This document shows positions 1-15,010 of a stretch of 64,000 nucleotides of DNA, piece by piece (the first letter of the stretch is position 1; each line of letters begins with the position of its first letter). Made by a program: the position numbers and the translations under genes. Source of the DNA: Bispira polyomma. Its lineage: Eukaryota. The notes beneath the pieces are model-generated. The model saw only the letters and a program-made list of their open reading frames with translations, was not told where the DNA came from and did no database searches. Where the stretch lies: positions 20,894,001 through 20,958,000 of the forward strand of contig OZ287758.1 in NCBI GenBank assembly GCA_965649765.1, written 5' to 3'.

Positions 1-110
1 CAACGTGGCTACACCATTGGTTAATGGATTGGGTTGTTGTGCTTTTGAATGTGCCTAGCATCATTAAAACATGTTGAAAATGCCTAATAAAACACGATAC
101 AATACAAATA
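1..110 (+). mobile_element. 3' end relic of L2-clade LINE
   Basis: gttgtgcttttgaatgtgcctagcatcattaaaacatgttgaaaatg resembles the 3' UTR end of the L2 at 39517-39565 (gttgtgctttagaagatgcctagcatcaataaagcgcgttaaaaatc), followed by an A-rich tail. Confidence 0.6.
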
Positions 111-3100
111 AAGTCTATCTTATCTATAAAATTATCACTGTGATTCGTTTCTCGGTTTGAGTTTTCTGCATACAGCATAGAAGGCTGACAATGACCTTCT
201 TTCCATTAAGATGTCTCTTTTTTCAAGACTAAATAAATGAGGTGCCTATATCTATATGCATGCAAATCCAGTGGCTTAAGTGCATTAATTCGCCCTGTTT
301 TACAAGATTTGCAGGGTCTGGTTGTTCCAGGGTTTAGGCCACTCCATATATAACAGTCCAAATTTCCTTGTGTCTACTCCTCCGGGGAATTCATGAGACT
401 GCCACAGTCATAAACACTAGGCCCTTTAACCTCGAAGAGAAATTGAAGAAGATTCAAAATTGTAGTTGCATAAAGGCTGAAGCAGATTGCTGCAAAGTGA
501 GATTTCTTTGAGGTGTGTGTGTGTGTGTGTATAGCCTTGGTTATTTAATATGCAAAAGAATGGTACATATTCAATGCTCTAAAACGAAAATAATTCTACG
601 ACTGTGACTAGGCTTGCTATCTGATGTAGACATTAAGCAATGTGGTCATGTAAAAATTGACAACATCTCCTTATTTCTATTCATACCTTGTGCTAAATAC
701 TGGCATGCTTATCTCATACCACATATATATATATTCGGACTTACAACAGTAGCTATTACAACTATCATGAATAAGCATGATATGAATGTATAATGATGCC
801 ACAGTAAAAGATATGTATGTGGACATCTCTACTCTCGTGACAGTTAATATCGACACACAATTTGTGTTTGCTGAGAAATACCTATGGGCAGACACCTTCT
901 GACATGTATTTCTAGGTGAATAGAATTTAGGGAACAATCACATATAGATTATTTTACACACAAGCTTATATCGTATTATAAACGACAGGACTAATGTGAA
1001 ATGGCCTTAAAGTCAGAAACCCCACAGACAGAAGAGTAGGGAGGCGATGGTGTAGCTGTTTGCTATGCATTAGTTTAGAGTTCTCCATTGCTCAGGAGCT
1101 TTCCAGGAACTTGATTTACAACTCGACAAAGTAGAGCTCTCATAGCTTACAGAACCAACCAATCGTGAAGCCTCTATTTATCAACAGATTAATGACAAGG
1201 CTCACTATCGATTAATCGATTAATTATCCTCGGGGATTTTCTTCAGAAAGGGTGTTAAAAATACTTCAGGTATCTATGGCGATATAAAACAGGAGACGGA
1301 CATACACATTAATGTCTCTGTATACTGTAAGGATGGGGTCTGTATCAAGGCGTACTTTTTCTGGAAGAGGACAATATATTGGAACTGTATATTGGGTCTC
1401 CTGCAACTTTAAAGCCCTTATAAACATGCTAAACCTATGCAATCTGACCTTCAGTAATAGATTAATTTTGATAATTATATCTGTTGTCGTTATTTTAGTC
1501 ATTCTTAGTGATCTACTTTTTATAATTGACAAGATCATTGTTAGTTCTGCTGGCTTCAATGCCCGGTATTGAGATCTTTCCTTAGATACGTGCTAAGCTT
1601 ATTCCTTTGTGTTACCGTAAGAAAATCACATATCTGCAGGTTTTCATACTAAGGCAAGTATTTTGACAATACACATTTTGTTTTACTATAGCACTGTTAT
1701 GCGAATAAATACCATAATAAATTCAGTAAAATGATGCTATGTATGTCCATGTTAGTATAGTATATTGTATTATTATAAAATATGACTTAATTATTTACCA
1801 AAATACCAGCACTACTCATCCTAAAATTGGTTTGTAATTCACTCTCAGATCCATCTTATTTAGACACACAGCAGTATAATTTAATATGCAATTTAAAACT
1901 TTATCAGTAAATTACTGTTCAATGTTTTCGAACATCTACACCAGGACAATATATATTGGCATATTTGATGTATTCTGAGGCTGCAATCACCCTCAAGCTC
2001 TACAATCTAAGATAGATGAAATACATCTTTACAGTAAACTTATTTCAAACAATTTGCATGTTGAATCCAGCAAAGACAGCCTTTTTTTCAGAAACCAACT
2101 GCAGTAAGCTGATGATGAATCTGTAAACAATACATCCAATGTAGCAACCGCCGACAGCCTAGTCTGAAATTTGGAGATTCATTTGCAAGAAAACGGAAGC
2201 AGTGGTTCCATTCTTATGGTCTTGTTTCCCCTCTGGACAAAGCTGCAGTAATAAAGTTCTCGCCCCTCACTAATGACCGGACGGCACACACACAAACACA
2301 CAACTGCACAGTCTGGTCAATGGTCATTCCTTACTTAAACTCAAATAATAACTATTAGAGTTGTAATGTATCAAAGGTACAATTTAACAAAAAAGAAGAA
2401 ATATGCTTAAATATAAGCATGCCATGTCTGATATTTAGGTTATAGTGACATTTAGATTTATCCAACATGATAGCACTTCACCTATATCTGAAATTACATC
2501 CATATTCGGAACCCAAGAACATTATGAGAACTTTTCATAATAACAATAGTAACAAATAATGACCATTCACATATAGCGATAAGTTGAATGAACATCTATT
2601 TCCTACAATGCCTATAAAGTAAGCAACAGATGAACAGCTCCCATTCTAAAGCCTAAAGTGTTCCTAGTACAATAAGTAGTATAAGGTGAAGTTGACCTAC
2701 ATTGAGTTTACTCCCAGGGTAATCAGTCCTATATGGATTCACTACCCTGGGGATAAGGAACCTCAGTGCTGTGCTAATTGGGTAAATCAACGGCCATTAT
2801 GATCTGAGGCCAAGTTCTGGTAACAACAGAGTCTACCTTACATGCTAGCTGTGCTACTGGTGTGTGTATGTGTTAATTAGACTGATGAAAAGACTGACAC
2901 ATCATGGTGACCTCTGATCAAACAGTTAGTGTCCGCATAAAGAACAATTAACAGGAATAGTGTTATAATAACGCAAAAGGGTTGTAATATACAACAGGGT
3001 GTGTTATGGCTATATACATATGTGACATTAAACAATAAAAGAAAGCAACATCAACATAAAGGATGATATATCAGAGATATTGCCACTCAATGCACATGCA

Positions 3101-6100
3101 TGTATTTACAATCTATTTGCGTTTTAGATTGTATTTTTAGTTTAACAACTATTTGACATCTCTGAGCTATATCATATATGACAATCTTATAACTCTATAC
3201 TGTATAAAGTCTAAAATTATGATAATCTGAATTGCAAGTGTAAGTCCTTGCTATTGGATTGTTTGTTTAGAATGATTGACACTGGACAAAGCAGTACAAG
3301 CAGTGAGAATATAATATAAAACAAGTAGTGGTGCAGGGCAAGTAGTGTTGTGTAGTTTAAATCTCAATTAAAACTAATGTTAACTACTGAAGGGATCATA
3401 CAGATGGTGTATGCCACTAATTTATTAATGAAGGAATAGTACCTACTTCCCACTTCTACACACTCTCCCTGGTGGTGTTGTGACCTGGGAGCTTCCTTTT
3501 AAGCAGTCACTATGAGAGTCTTTATGACAACACCCAAGTATGAGATAAAAGGCTCTGAGATTCTTCTCCCCCTATTTATTCTGATACTGCATATAGCCCT
3601 CAATCTTACACACAGTTAAAATCCCTTTAGTAACCATGGTAATCCTTACAGCAAGGGGAAATCCCAGTCACGTGACACCATTTCCTCTTTAATAGAGCAG
3701 AGATGTGCTAAAAGCCTGTGTTCATTGAAATCACCGTCCTCCGGGAATATCTCTTATCAATGCTTGACTCGATAAACTATGTCACCCATTCTGTAAACAT
3801 TGATTGAAAGGTGTTAGAAGCACTTTATCTATTTGCAAAATGTTTAACTTTGGTGGAAATTCTCTCATTTGGTATGCACATTTATTGATTTACTTCTTGT
3901 AAAGAGACAAAAAAAAAAAAACTTAGTTAAAAAGTTTAGCTTTGGAGTTTTAGGTGTTCAATCAAAAATACGTGTCTTTATTTCAAGTTATGCACTGATT
4001 TAAGTCTCACTTTCACCCTAATTTAATGTAAATACAGTAAGTAATTGTAATGCACAATTTGCATTGAATAAAAAAAGACAGAATGCAAAAATACTTGTCT
4101 GACGAAAAGTTAATAACAAGAAGGTATCCAAAAATTAGGAAAAAAACAAAACACCACCAGTCATAGAATCCAAATGCTGGTTTCTAGTTTCCATAGCAAC
4201 TTTGAAGATGAATCTGAATAGATAAATGTTAGTATTGTGAAACTCCCAGCTGAGACCATCGGCACTCAGCAATTATGTAGGCTTAGAGTGAAATCCATTA
4301 GATGAAATTCACATATGACTTATGGGACACAACTAAAGTATAAAGCTGACAGTGACTTTTATACAATAAGTTAGAACAGCCTCACAATGGTAGAATGATG
4401 AACAGGAAATTACCAAAAAGAGAGAAAAAATGTGGACATTCTATGTAAAAAGAGTAAAAAGCCAGGTTGTCCCAATGCAAAACATGTCAATTTTGAGACA
4501 ACAGTGCCATTAAGTCAGTAAATGGGGACCCATTATTTTATTATGTCCTCCTAAGATGATACAACACACTCACTGGATTGTTTAGTCTAAATAGACCAAT
4601 CGACGGGAGGAATAGAGCCATTAAGTGGCCATTCCAAAGTATGGTACACGGACCAGCAAGGGTTTTGGCCATGTCCCACGTGACATCAACCTAAGCTTTA
4701 TAGTGTCTTTGGTGGACAATGTAAATAAATCCCAAACCATCAATTACCCTAGCCCAAATAACACCAACCCCCTAGATGTGGCAGTTGGTGGGAATCTACA
4801 GTAGGTATGGAATCAAATGGGTTTCTATTGAGTTCACAGCAGCACCCTTTATTGGTGTTTAAAATAGTAGATGGATACGTGTCTAGCTATCGTGTGATAC
4901 AATTATAATGGCCAGTTTTTATTTGAGGAATTTTGAAAATTTCATATATATTAAAATGGATGTACCTAATTTGAGGACTAGCCAGCCAAGCACTACAGAA
5001 CAGCCCTAACATTGCAAAGGAATATCTTAACATTGCAATAAATGGAAATAACTGCTTGGTATTCATGTGTGTACCTAAGAACTAGACTGGTGTATTGGAA
5101 GTAACATTGATAAAGGAACTAAGAGCCAGAGATAAACAATCATCTGGGCTGCTATGTAATAGTATTTTTAATGCACTGGGCTTGAACCCAATTTTCATTT
5201 GTTCTGAGTTGATGGTATACCCTACTCAACAACAGTGGTACATGACTGCAGTGGTTCCAAGTTCTGTCCTCCTCTGTGTTTACTGTTAGTGCCTGTAAAT
5301 TTGATATAATATGTCCTTTATGTGACTTATAATCTATTAAAAGATTAGAGCTGTTTCAAATATTACCCAAATAAATAAATGTTTGTAGTTTAATTTCAGG
5401 AGAATAAAAAAAAAATTATAGAAAATATACAACTTAATTGAAGACCTCTACATCTATATAATGAAAAGGCTTGAAATAAAAGAAAAGCTGAAGTGTATTA
5501 TTAATAGTAAAGAATGACTATATCTATATATTCTGTATCACCACACATTATTGACTGTATCAGTTTAAAGTGACTTATAAGCTCTCTGGTGGGCCCGGTG
5601 CATTGTTCCTGTTTTATATTTATTGTATGTTGATATACATACCACAATAATATATGATTTGTGGATTATTTCTAAGAAATACTCTTAAAAAATATATAAT
5701 TGTAGGTCTAAGTAATTATCCTAGTAAAGTTTTGAAGAACATATCACTTCCACATTGAACACCTAATGAGCCAAAACAAAGCAATGACCCATAACACTAT
5801 GTTACTAGGAGAATTTGCATTATCCATGCATTTTAGAAGGCCACATTAGTCCCTGTGATAAAGTGACTCCTCCACTCCCACAGAAAGGGGAGCCCACTGA
5901 CTAGATGACTGAAATACTCTAATACCAACTGCTGTTGATATTTGTCTGATATACATTTCTCATATTTGTCTGTATTGTTAGGATATGCAACTACTGCTGC
6001 CAAATGGCAATAATAAAGAATATATAACAAACTAGCCTTCTGATATGGAAGTACTCTCGAATGTGCCAGTTGGTAGCATATTACAACCAAGAGATGTCTG

Positions 6101-6668
6101 CAAAAGTTGAAACAACAGTCCACTTAAAATGTATTGACTGATCCTTCATGACCTAAGTTTCAAGAATATGTTAACAATAATTTTATTATGTACATAACCC
6201 GATCACTCCAGACCGATATTTCACCAGCTTAACTCAAAATTGTCCTTTTCCAAATGCCCTCTGCTATAATTCAAATCGTGGAGATATCTTACAGCATTAC
6301 AAAACCTTTATATATAACAGATATGTTGAGTGATTATGGTAGTTTTTAAGTACTACTTGGAGTTGAGAGAACAGATTAAAAATGTAGCTTGATCAGTTAG
6401 AATGTCACGAGAAATGCTATCATAATGAGATAACCTCAAAGACTTTTCAGGGCATTCAAGGCCAAATCTAGCCTAACTCGAGGCTTTGCAAAAAAAAGTT
6501 TACTTTGTATTAGAATATTTTTTTGAAAGGTACATGTTACTTTGCATCAATAACTCCTTTGAGTTTGTAGTTTGAATAGTAGATTTACTTATCCACTCCT
6601 AAAAACACAAGCCTGTTTGGTAATATAAGAATTATAACAGTAGATTATGTTAATCGTGTATTTCACAC

Positions 6669-6794
6669 AGCTAATAGAGACTTCATTATAGTTTGGTAAT
6701 TAATTAGAATATTTTTTGGTTTTAAATATTAGAGCTAATAGAGACTTCATTATTGTTTGGTAATTAATTAGAATATGTTTTGGTTTTAAATATT
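6669..6794. repeat. Tandem duplication, 2 x ~62 nt
   Basis: agctaatagagacttcattat...ggttttaaatatt at 6669-6730 and 6733-6794, near identical. Confidence 0.9.
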
Positions 6795-6799
6795 GTATC

Positions 6800-6880
6800 A
6801 TATTTTATTATATATTTTTAACATGCTTTAATTATGCGAGGCATCTAAAGTGCAACAGCCGGATCAATCAAGCTATTATC
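6800..6880 (-). mobile_element. 3' end relic of L2-clade LINE
   Basis: Reverse complement gctgttgcactttagatgcctcgcataattaaagcatgttaaaaata matches the same L2 3' terminus. Confidence 0.55.
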
Positions 6881-7095
6881 TGTCCTACAAACATAGTATA
6901 AAGAAAGATACAAACATCTTCTCTACTATAACCAGGGGATAAAAGTTATATGTGCTCCATAGAAAACCTTTACACAAATCACAGGTACCACTTGTGTTGG
7001 GGAACACTATGTGGCAAAAGTCAATAACCACTGAGATTTCTAAGTACCTGTGAAGGATTTTAAGGGGACGTCTCTAGACTATGTAGATAAATCCA

Positions 7096-7390
7096 AACTC
7101 AAACTATATCTGAAACTGCAGCCTAAGACTAGGCTCCGGTGAGGTCATTAAATCTACCAACTCTCTCTAAACCCAAACTATATCTGACACTGGCACCAAC
7201 GACAAGGCTATTGTGACATCATCAATCCTACCAACTATCCCTAAACTCAAGCTATATCTGAAATAGAGACTAAGACAAGGCTCTAGTGAAGTCATTAATT
7301 CTACCAACTATCTCTAAACCCAAACTATATCTATAACTGGAGCCCCGGCCACTATGCTCTGATGAGGTCGTTAATTCTGTCCATTATCTG
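7096..7390. repeat. Degenerate minisatellite, ~73 nt x 4
   Basis: Unit aaac(t/c)caaactatatctga...gg(c)tc..gtgaggtcattaa.tctaccaact.tctct recurs at about 7096, 7168, 7243 and 7316. Confidence 0.85.
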
Positions 7391-10300
7391 TAGCACACTG
7401 AGCTCTGGGAGAGGACAACCATCATGTGTGTGTCCTTATCCCTACTGACCAATAAAAACCACTCAAAATTGGGCTTATCTGCCAGAAAAGCCAATGATAA
7501 TGGACTAGATGGATCTGATAAGCAATGACTACAAATTACACCATGTTTATATAGAGAGTGGGCTTTCTTTAGTTGAAGAATATTTGGACTATTGAGTTAG
7601 CTTGAATTCATGACAAAAATATTAACTAGAAATCAATGGGCGATTATGTCAAAATTTAATAAAAATTATTTGTGTTGTAAATCATGTTTGAAAAAACAAC
7701 CAAACAGCTAAACAGCCTGCATTAATAAACACTTTGCTCAAAAATACCCTATTACATGAGTAATTGTTATTTTGATACACTTGTTGCATGTCATGAATAT
7801 GCATCTCACATTTTTATTGTAGCATATTATTAATATTATTATTGAAGCATTTTACATGGAACCTTATTGAAATGTATCATCCTGCAAGGCAAGGATGGTC
7901 CCTCAACAGTCTATGGTTGAACGGGGGATAGTCCGAGCACCAGACCATCTCCCCCTAGCTTGAACTCGGACTGGAGAGTCTCTTATCAGCGGAGCAACTT
8001 CCCAACCACTGGACAACATGAGACCATTTCTTAATCCTGTCTTCTATGTAATACAGACAAAAACCCTCAGCTTCTTTTTTTTTCTTATCCAACCACATAA
8101 AGGGAGATTTATGCCCAATGAAACATGTAGTAAACAGTAACAGCAGCTTATACTATGGTAAATGTCAAGTGTGTTCTTGATACAGAAATCGGATGCATTT
8201 TAACTGCCCCCCAAACAACCCCACTGGCTCCAGCATATAAATAACAGTGATTTCCCTCCCTTCACACAAAACTGAGAAAAGAACTTTCCTCCTTTTTTTC
8301 TGAAATAGTTTATTTATTTTTGTGTAATTCAATTATGGCATCATTACCCCTTTGGAGTTTTTTGTTATATTTTGTTGCTGTTTGCAATGACCGCCTTTTA
8401 TTTCCAGAGCAATGGGGGATTATGTTTGACCTTCCTTTTTATGAAGACAGATCTGCTGGCGCCATCTGGCGAATACTGGGCTATTTTGATCTGGGTTTTG
8501 GGGGGTTTGCCTTTAAAGTTATATAGTTCTCTAAGCTTAATGTCAGTATTTGTCATAAGTAAGGTGTGTGTATACCCACGTGGTGTATTGCCATCGATGG
8601 ATAAAGAATACAGAATTATCACATATGCAGTGTTATCATATTGGTTACTGCTTCAAATAAAGTAAGATATATAAGACAATGTTTAAAATATGAGATAAAG
8701 GTAGAAATATAATTATACAAAAAGGGCTTCTTGTAGCTGGATCCTAAACACAAAGTTAGACTTGCATAAATGACAATGCTAAAACTGTTGTCGATTAGTT
8801 TTGTATTTTGTAAGATGTGACATGTTTGGCCTAACCACTAAAATAAGCTTTTTGCAGCTATTACCACTCACACCAAGTTTATTAACTCTATTTTTAGGAA
8901 ATCATTCAATATCTGGATATTCGGGTTGAGATTTTTGTCTATACAAGTGGCAAAGAAAGGGAATTTACAATCTATTTAAAATCAGATATTATAAAGGGTT
9001 GAAGGGTGTACCAAACCATAACACAATTTTCATAATGTACTCACAAATGTTGTAGTCTAATGTACTCTTTACATTCAACACAATTGCAACATGATCACAA
9101 GTCCATTCGATTCAATTCTACTGTTTTGTATTCAAACTTGCAACATGTCATAGTTGTCAAAAGCTGGGGAAAGTCTTACATTGCGAATCAAAATAATTGT
9201 CTTCTTGTATATTTTGCTCAATTAAGTTTAGAATTTAATTCAGTTTAGTTTCTTTAATAATCTTTATGTATCAGATACCTGTTGTAATAATGCAACATCT
9301 GTATAGCAATGTCACCGTCTATATCCTGCACATGGTCATTAGGTTTAGTTGCCTGTAAAACTTCCAAACCAAATCTCTGCAGAACAGAAGAGTTCTGGGG
9401 TGTGAAAAGTACAGATAGATTGCCAAAGCTACCGTTTTTATGGGGCTATCACCATGGTAACTGAGCCAGTGTCTCAGCTTATTGTGCCCAAGGTGGAGTT
9501 TAAGTAGGATATTGGGGACATAACTCCAAGTCAAGCCACAGTAGTTGTAAAAGGCTTGCAAACTGAATTACTGGCACTGTTAGGTCTTAGTGCAGAGGTT
9601 TACCGAATGCATGGATGTTTTGAACTCATTTTATTAAATGTTATTTTTAACATATGTTCTGAAATCTCAATTAAAACCATCACGGATTGTTGTTGTTTTT
9701 TTCCAAATCAATATGCATGCATATAATATGGTTTAAGTATCACTGTGTGTCAAAATATTAAGGTTGAGGGTTTATATTATGTTTAGAATCCATCCAATGT
9801 GTCATAACGTCATACTGTACTCTGTACAAACGTTTGATATCCCTCAACAGGATTGGTTTGAGCTCCAAACTACTGTTTTTATTTCCTCTTCTATTGTGAC
9901 TTGTATACACATATTCTCCACATAGTCTAAGATTATTGGCATTTATTCGGTGTAACACCTTGGTTTAAGAAGCAAAGGACTTGGGTTCGCCCCAGTTTAC
10001 GAGTACTCGATAAGTTATACATACATTGTCATTTGGATGATTACTTGAAATGATCCATCCCAAGTGACAGCATAATAGTGTTTTGACCTGTGCCTTGAAT
10101 TGGGAGAAAAACAGTGACAGGCGCTCGTGGTCTGTACTTGTGTGATTAGGGAAAGGTTAATTAGTTCTTTGAATCAGATAAGACATAGGGGGTCAATGGG
10201 AGGAGTATAAATATGAATAGCAATATACTAAGTATGACACACACACACCACTAACACCAGATAAAAGTTTGACTCTTGGCTCTACCCAATAGTAATATGA

Positions 10301-11852
10301 AGCATTGCAAGAGCTGGCCCCAGTCATGTGGTAAATAAAGACTAATGCCATTGGCTTCAAACTTATATATGGCTAGCCAGTCTGCCAGTTAGTGTGGAAG
10401 AGTATTTATATGTAAAAGCACAGCAATTTAAAAGCTCTATGTAGAATCTGTGTTATAGAAAGCTTATGTCATGTGACTGGAGCTATGGTAAATTTCCTAC
10501 AACAAAGCCAGCATCGCACCACAGCTGTTTTGGGACTTAATTGGGACTAACTTTCTCTTCACTAAGTAGATGTATAACAGCAAAGACTGTGTAAGTGGAA
10601 ATATTTACTTGGAATTAAGGAATTTATTTTAGCTAGTTTTGCTATTCACCTGGAATAGATTTTTTTGCGGTTCTAAATATATGACATCACTTCAGGGAAA
10701 TGGTTGCCTCCTCACCTCCTCATTGATCATTGTATGCAAAGTAATAAAGCATGCATCACACGCACCCATTGACCCCTTTACCATAAAAAAAGGTCTACAG
10801 TGAAAATGTATTCTCAGTGCAAGTTTAAACAGTCATGTTTAACTTAAATGGCCCATAGTGAAAACTTATTCTAGAGTATCTCTCATAAATTGTGACATTT
10901 CCAAATTTGCAATTAAGACATGATATACAGCACAAATGTCTAAATGATAATGAGTGAACTAAACATAGCAACAGAATTAAGGCTATCCCTCTGTAATACA
11001 AATAGCTAATGTGATGGCTGAGAGAATAGATATCTATGTTTCTAGGCCAATATCCCAGGGATTTAATGATCCGAGTAGGCCTATTTCCAACAGCAGGAGA
11101 CGGTTCCCCCCCCCCCCCCCCCCCAAAAAAAAAAAAAAAAAAAAAAAAAAATTTAGCTCTCCGGGCCTCTAGCAGGTGACTGACCAGTTGCTATGAGCAG
11201 ACTGCCTCTTGGCAACAAGAAAATCCCCGTTGCCAAAGTCAGTAATTGAAATCACTGCATTAATCCAATCAAAATGTCACCCGTGACGTCATAGTCTCGT
11301 TTTCGTTGTCTCGAGGGTACTGAGAAAAAATTGTGTTGAAAGAATATTTAATACTGGCCCAATTTTACCTCAGTTTTGTTTGCACTGCTTGTCTTTTGTG
11401 CTGTTTTAGATCAATAGATTTTTCAAAGGCAGGCCTCTTGTATTCTGGGAGTTGCCAGGGAAAGGAAGTTAAGGCACTAAAGCTACCTACAACATCAAAA
11501 CGTAAGGCTCGGGACTGAAATTAAAAAAGATTTTTTTTGTTTTAATTTGAAGAAAATACATTTTTGGAACAGTCTTGTGAAAGCCATTGAAATATAAACA
11601 AATTTACTCTTTCACAGCATCTTTGCAAAATATATCAGTAAATATATTTATAATTACTAATTTCTAGTTTTCTAATTCTAAATTTTTAAGGTAATTTTGT
11701 GCAAACCAATATGTCAGGGTAGTGTCAGTTACTGGTGCTGGCTGCCTATAGTTTGGCATAAAGAGAGAGTTATAAGTGAAAACCATATAAAGGTAGATAC
11801 GCTTGAATTGAGTTGGGCTTCTTGGGTTCATTGGGCTTCCTACAGCTAATTT

Positions 11853-12063
11853 AGCCCCAGTCACCCTGCAATTATGAGTTGCTAACGATCATCGGAGGCC
11901 TACAAGTCATGATAGTATGCTAGAGGTCTGTTGTAATCTTTAATTGTCTTGTGAAAATCGTGGAAGGGATTTAATGTTTGTTGGTGATCTTTTGTAGGAT
12001 GTGCGACCACGATTTGCTGTTTACAAGTGATCTTTGTCACGACTGAAGTGTGTGACTGGGGCT
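11853..12063. mobile_element. MITE with 12-bp TIRs (PIF/Harbinger-like termini)
   Basis: agccccagtcac at 11853 and its exact reverse complement gtgactggggct ending at 12063; interior richer in CpG than the flanks. Confidence 0.6.
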
Positions 12064-12697
12064 TTTGGTCATGTGATAACGACCAGTTTCAATTGTGGAA
12101 GAAACTACTGTACCATGAAGTAGATCAATGCACTAAGTAAACATTTGAATGCTATCCAATACATTACCTATACTTGAGTTGAGCCTGAGTTAGAAGTGAT
12201 TGTTAAACGTTTAGTTTAGTTTGGGTTCCATGCATAATTTGCAGGAGATTAAGAAAGCTGATCTAATCACTGGTACATTGTGGTGGATTCCTGTGACCAA
12301 AGGATCAGCATGTGGTAATATGCTGTGTGTGCTAGTATAGTGAATATGTCGTACGCCAAGAGTTGCTATGTAAACAGTGGAATCCAACCAGGACAATTGC
12401 ACCAACGGGTTTGAATGGATCAGGTAGACATCATTTAGTCAAATATTGTGAAACTTTACTAAGGTTTTCGTGTATTAAAGTATCTTTTGGTACTATAATA
12501 GGAACTACAGCTAATGTATATATATTAAGAATACAATGTTTAATGTTCAAATCTATTCATTATCTAAATACATGCTGAAATTCAGTGCTTGTAATTTGAG
12601 AATTTACAGCCTCATTAAAACCAGAAATAAGAAATATAAATTACTTGATAAACTTTAATACTCTTTATGAATGCTATTGAAAGGTCCTCAAAGGAGA

Positions 12698-12767
12698 GGT
12701 TGGCTTACCCTCACCAAATTCTATAAACTTGGTTAGCTTACCCTCACCAAGTTCCATAAACTTGGTT
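12698..12767. repeat. Tandem duplication, 2 x 33 nt
   Basis: ggtt(g/a)gcttaccctcaccaa(a/g)ttc(t/c)ataaactt occurs twice. Confidence 0.9.
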
Positions 12768-14784
12768 GTACAAGGGCAAATAAAACTACTAAAAATAAAT
12801 CGCTGTACCTGATCAACCAACCTGTTTATTTAAAGAAGTGGCAGACAGCATCAACAGACATGTCTCTCTTCATTCAACATCCAGAACTCCAAACCTCCAG
12901 TTCGTGATCAATGATGTAAGTATATAATAAAATGTCTTCACAAAGGGATGGGTCACGTCCAGACTACACAATGACGTAATCTGGTGGCATTCTTAGTGGG
13001 TCTTCACCTGAGAGAGGTTTTTAAAGAATGCCAATTATGTCTTCACTACAATAAATTGATGGAATTACTGCTTGTTTCTTTATTTAGTAAATAAAGAAAG
13101 GCTCATGATTTAACTTTTGATCTTGGCTGATAGAAATTTTAATATTTCTAATTTTCTCTTTTCACTGAATTAGAAAAATTATAGTGAAACTCAATTCGAG
13201 TGGATGTTTTTAGGAATTGTTAATTAGTGCAACCTTCTGACAGCTAGCGTTGCCATATTGAAGTCAATGTCCCATTTTGCAGGGAGCAGATGAACTGCTG
13301 TATGTATTGAAGGAACATGAACTAATGACAATGCCAAATCTTACATACATTCTCATTTAACTGGCCCGATTGTTGTATAGAAGTGGGTCTCAGTGACCTA
13401 ATGGTGATAACTGTGCACTTTATTATCGCAAGCCTCTCACCTCTGAGGACAATGGGTGTGACTTCCACGGCTTTCTGAATATGAAACAGTATATTTATCA
13501 CTTCATTTTGCAAATATATAGACATTCCCATCTCCAATGTATTTTGTTGTTGTTTTTTTGAAGGGGGGGGGGGGGAGGTTGTTGGCAGCAGACTTTCTGA
13601 AGGTCGATGGTTTGCAGTTCAAAAAAAGCTTGACCAATTACCAGGCCCTTCTTTTCACCATTAATACACTGTCCCTCATGATACAGTTTATGAAACTGAT
13701 TGAAAAATTTCTCTTTTTCCAAATTTCTATAAAATCAGCCTAATTAGCAACTGCTACAGTGTTTATCCATGACATTACGTACAACCAGTGCATACTGACA
13801 TAGCACTCAGTGATATACTGAGAGTTTAGTCACTGTTCAGAATATTCCTAGACGCTTGTTTGTCAATGATCTTAAATTGACAAATATATAGCTTTGTTTA
13901 CAGGAAAGACATATACAATATAAATACATATTTGAGTTTCTTGCTGAAAGCTCTATGAAATGAATGGTAACAATATCTGGGTGATTACTATTGATAAAAA
14001 ACACATAGTTACACATTTAAGAATTTAAGTTTAAGCCTGAGTTTAAGTTTCAGGCTTGACAATGACTCTGGGCCCAGAATAATGCCAGCTGTTAGCTGAC
14101 TTTTCTGCCCCTACTACTTTCCCATTGCTTCTGTAATAGAGCTGCCAGAAAACTTGTCAGGGAGTATTGATTGTTGCAAAGTTATTGCCAGCAGGTCATT
14201 AGAGAAACAAATAGCCCACTCTGACACCTTGGTGGTTTATTGTAGAAATCAAAAAAAGTATCAGAATAGTGGCAGGTGTGATCTGTGGAGTGTTTTGAGA
14301 GACTCCAGAGTGGAAGCCAGGAACTGTTTTCTCCAAACATCTCAGGCCTAACTCAGCCCCAAAGCTTAATCCCAATGTCTCCTGATCTTGGGTTAGAGGG
14401 AAGAATATATAAAATCTGACGGTATATTTGAATTGAGTGCTGGAAGCTCTATTAAAATAAATGGTTGCAAGTGTTGGATTATTTCATCTAGGCAAATTAC
14501 CTATTATCTTCAATTGAGGGTTAAGTCTCCGGGTTGTAGCTTGTATTTTATTCAAAACTATAGGTCCTGTGTAACTCCAATTTAAAGTCCACATATCTCT
14601 GGCTAGAGGGACGGTCAGTTAAACCTGAGTGCATATTTGAATTCAGTGCTGAAAGCAATAGTCACATATACAGATTAACCCCATATCCAAGGACTTCCAC
14701 AGAGTCATCATTTGAGGTTTAGTTTAAGATTGTCTTTACAAGATGAAACAGGTATATCATAAGAAAAGACTCTGACTGGCAGAA

Positions 14785-15010
14785 GTTTAGTTTAGATGTT
14801 ACATGGCTTTCGATAGTTTTGTGTTATGTCACATGACCGGCAAGTCACAAGTGGCGAAAATCAGGACAGGGTAGTTGTTCAAGGATTTCTGCTCAGTCAG
14901 CAGCCTTCAGCAGGTCTAGTGCCAACTTTCCGACATGCATGCCCTGTCAGAGATTTGAACCCACAACTACAGGAGTGGAAGCCAAGTGTGTCAGAACTAC
15001 ATCACTGAGG
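14785..15010 (-). mobile_element. tRNA-derived SINE copy (diverged)
   Basis: Box B-like ggttcaaatctc on the minus strand; body similar to the SINE at 51960-52220. Confidence 0.55.

Noticed and set aside
1266-1572. Overlapping 97-aa and 86-aa ORFs
   Set aside because: No recognisable domain or convincing splice context
7048-7390. Acceptor-junction array with a 62-nt exon, or a hammerhead ribozyme (ctgatgag near 7359)
   Set aside because: The candidate exon has stops in all three frames and a weak donor; no GAAA or stem II follows the ctgatgag
11107-11151. Poly(C)-poly(A) run as a functional element
   Set aside because: Simple homopolymers of unreliable length; no matching TIR pair found around them
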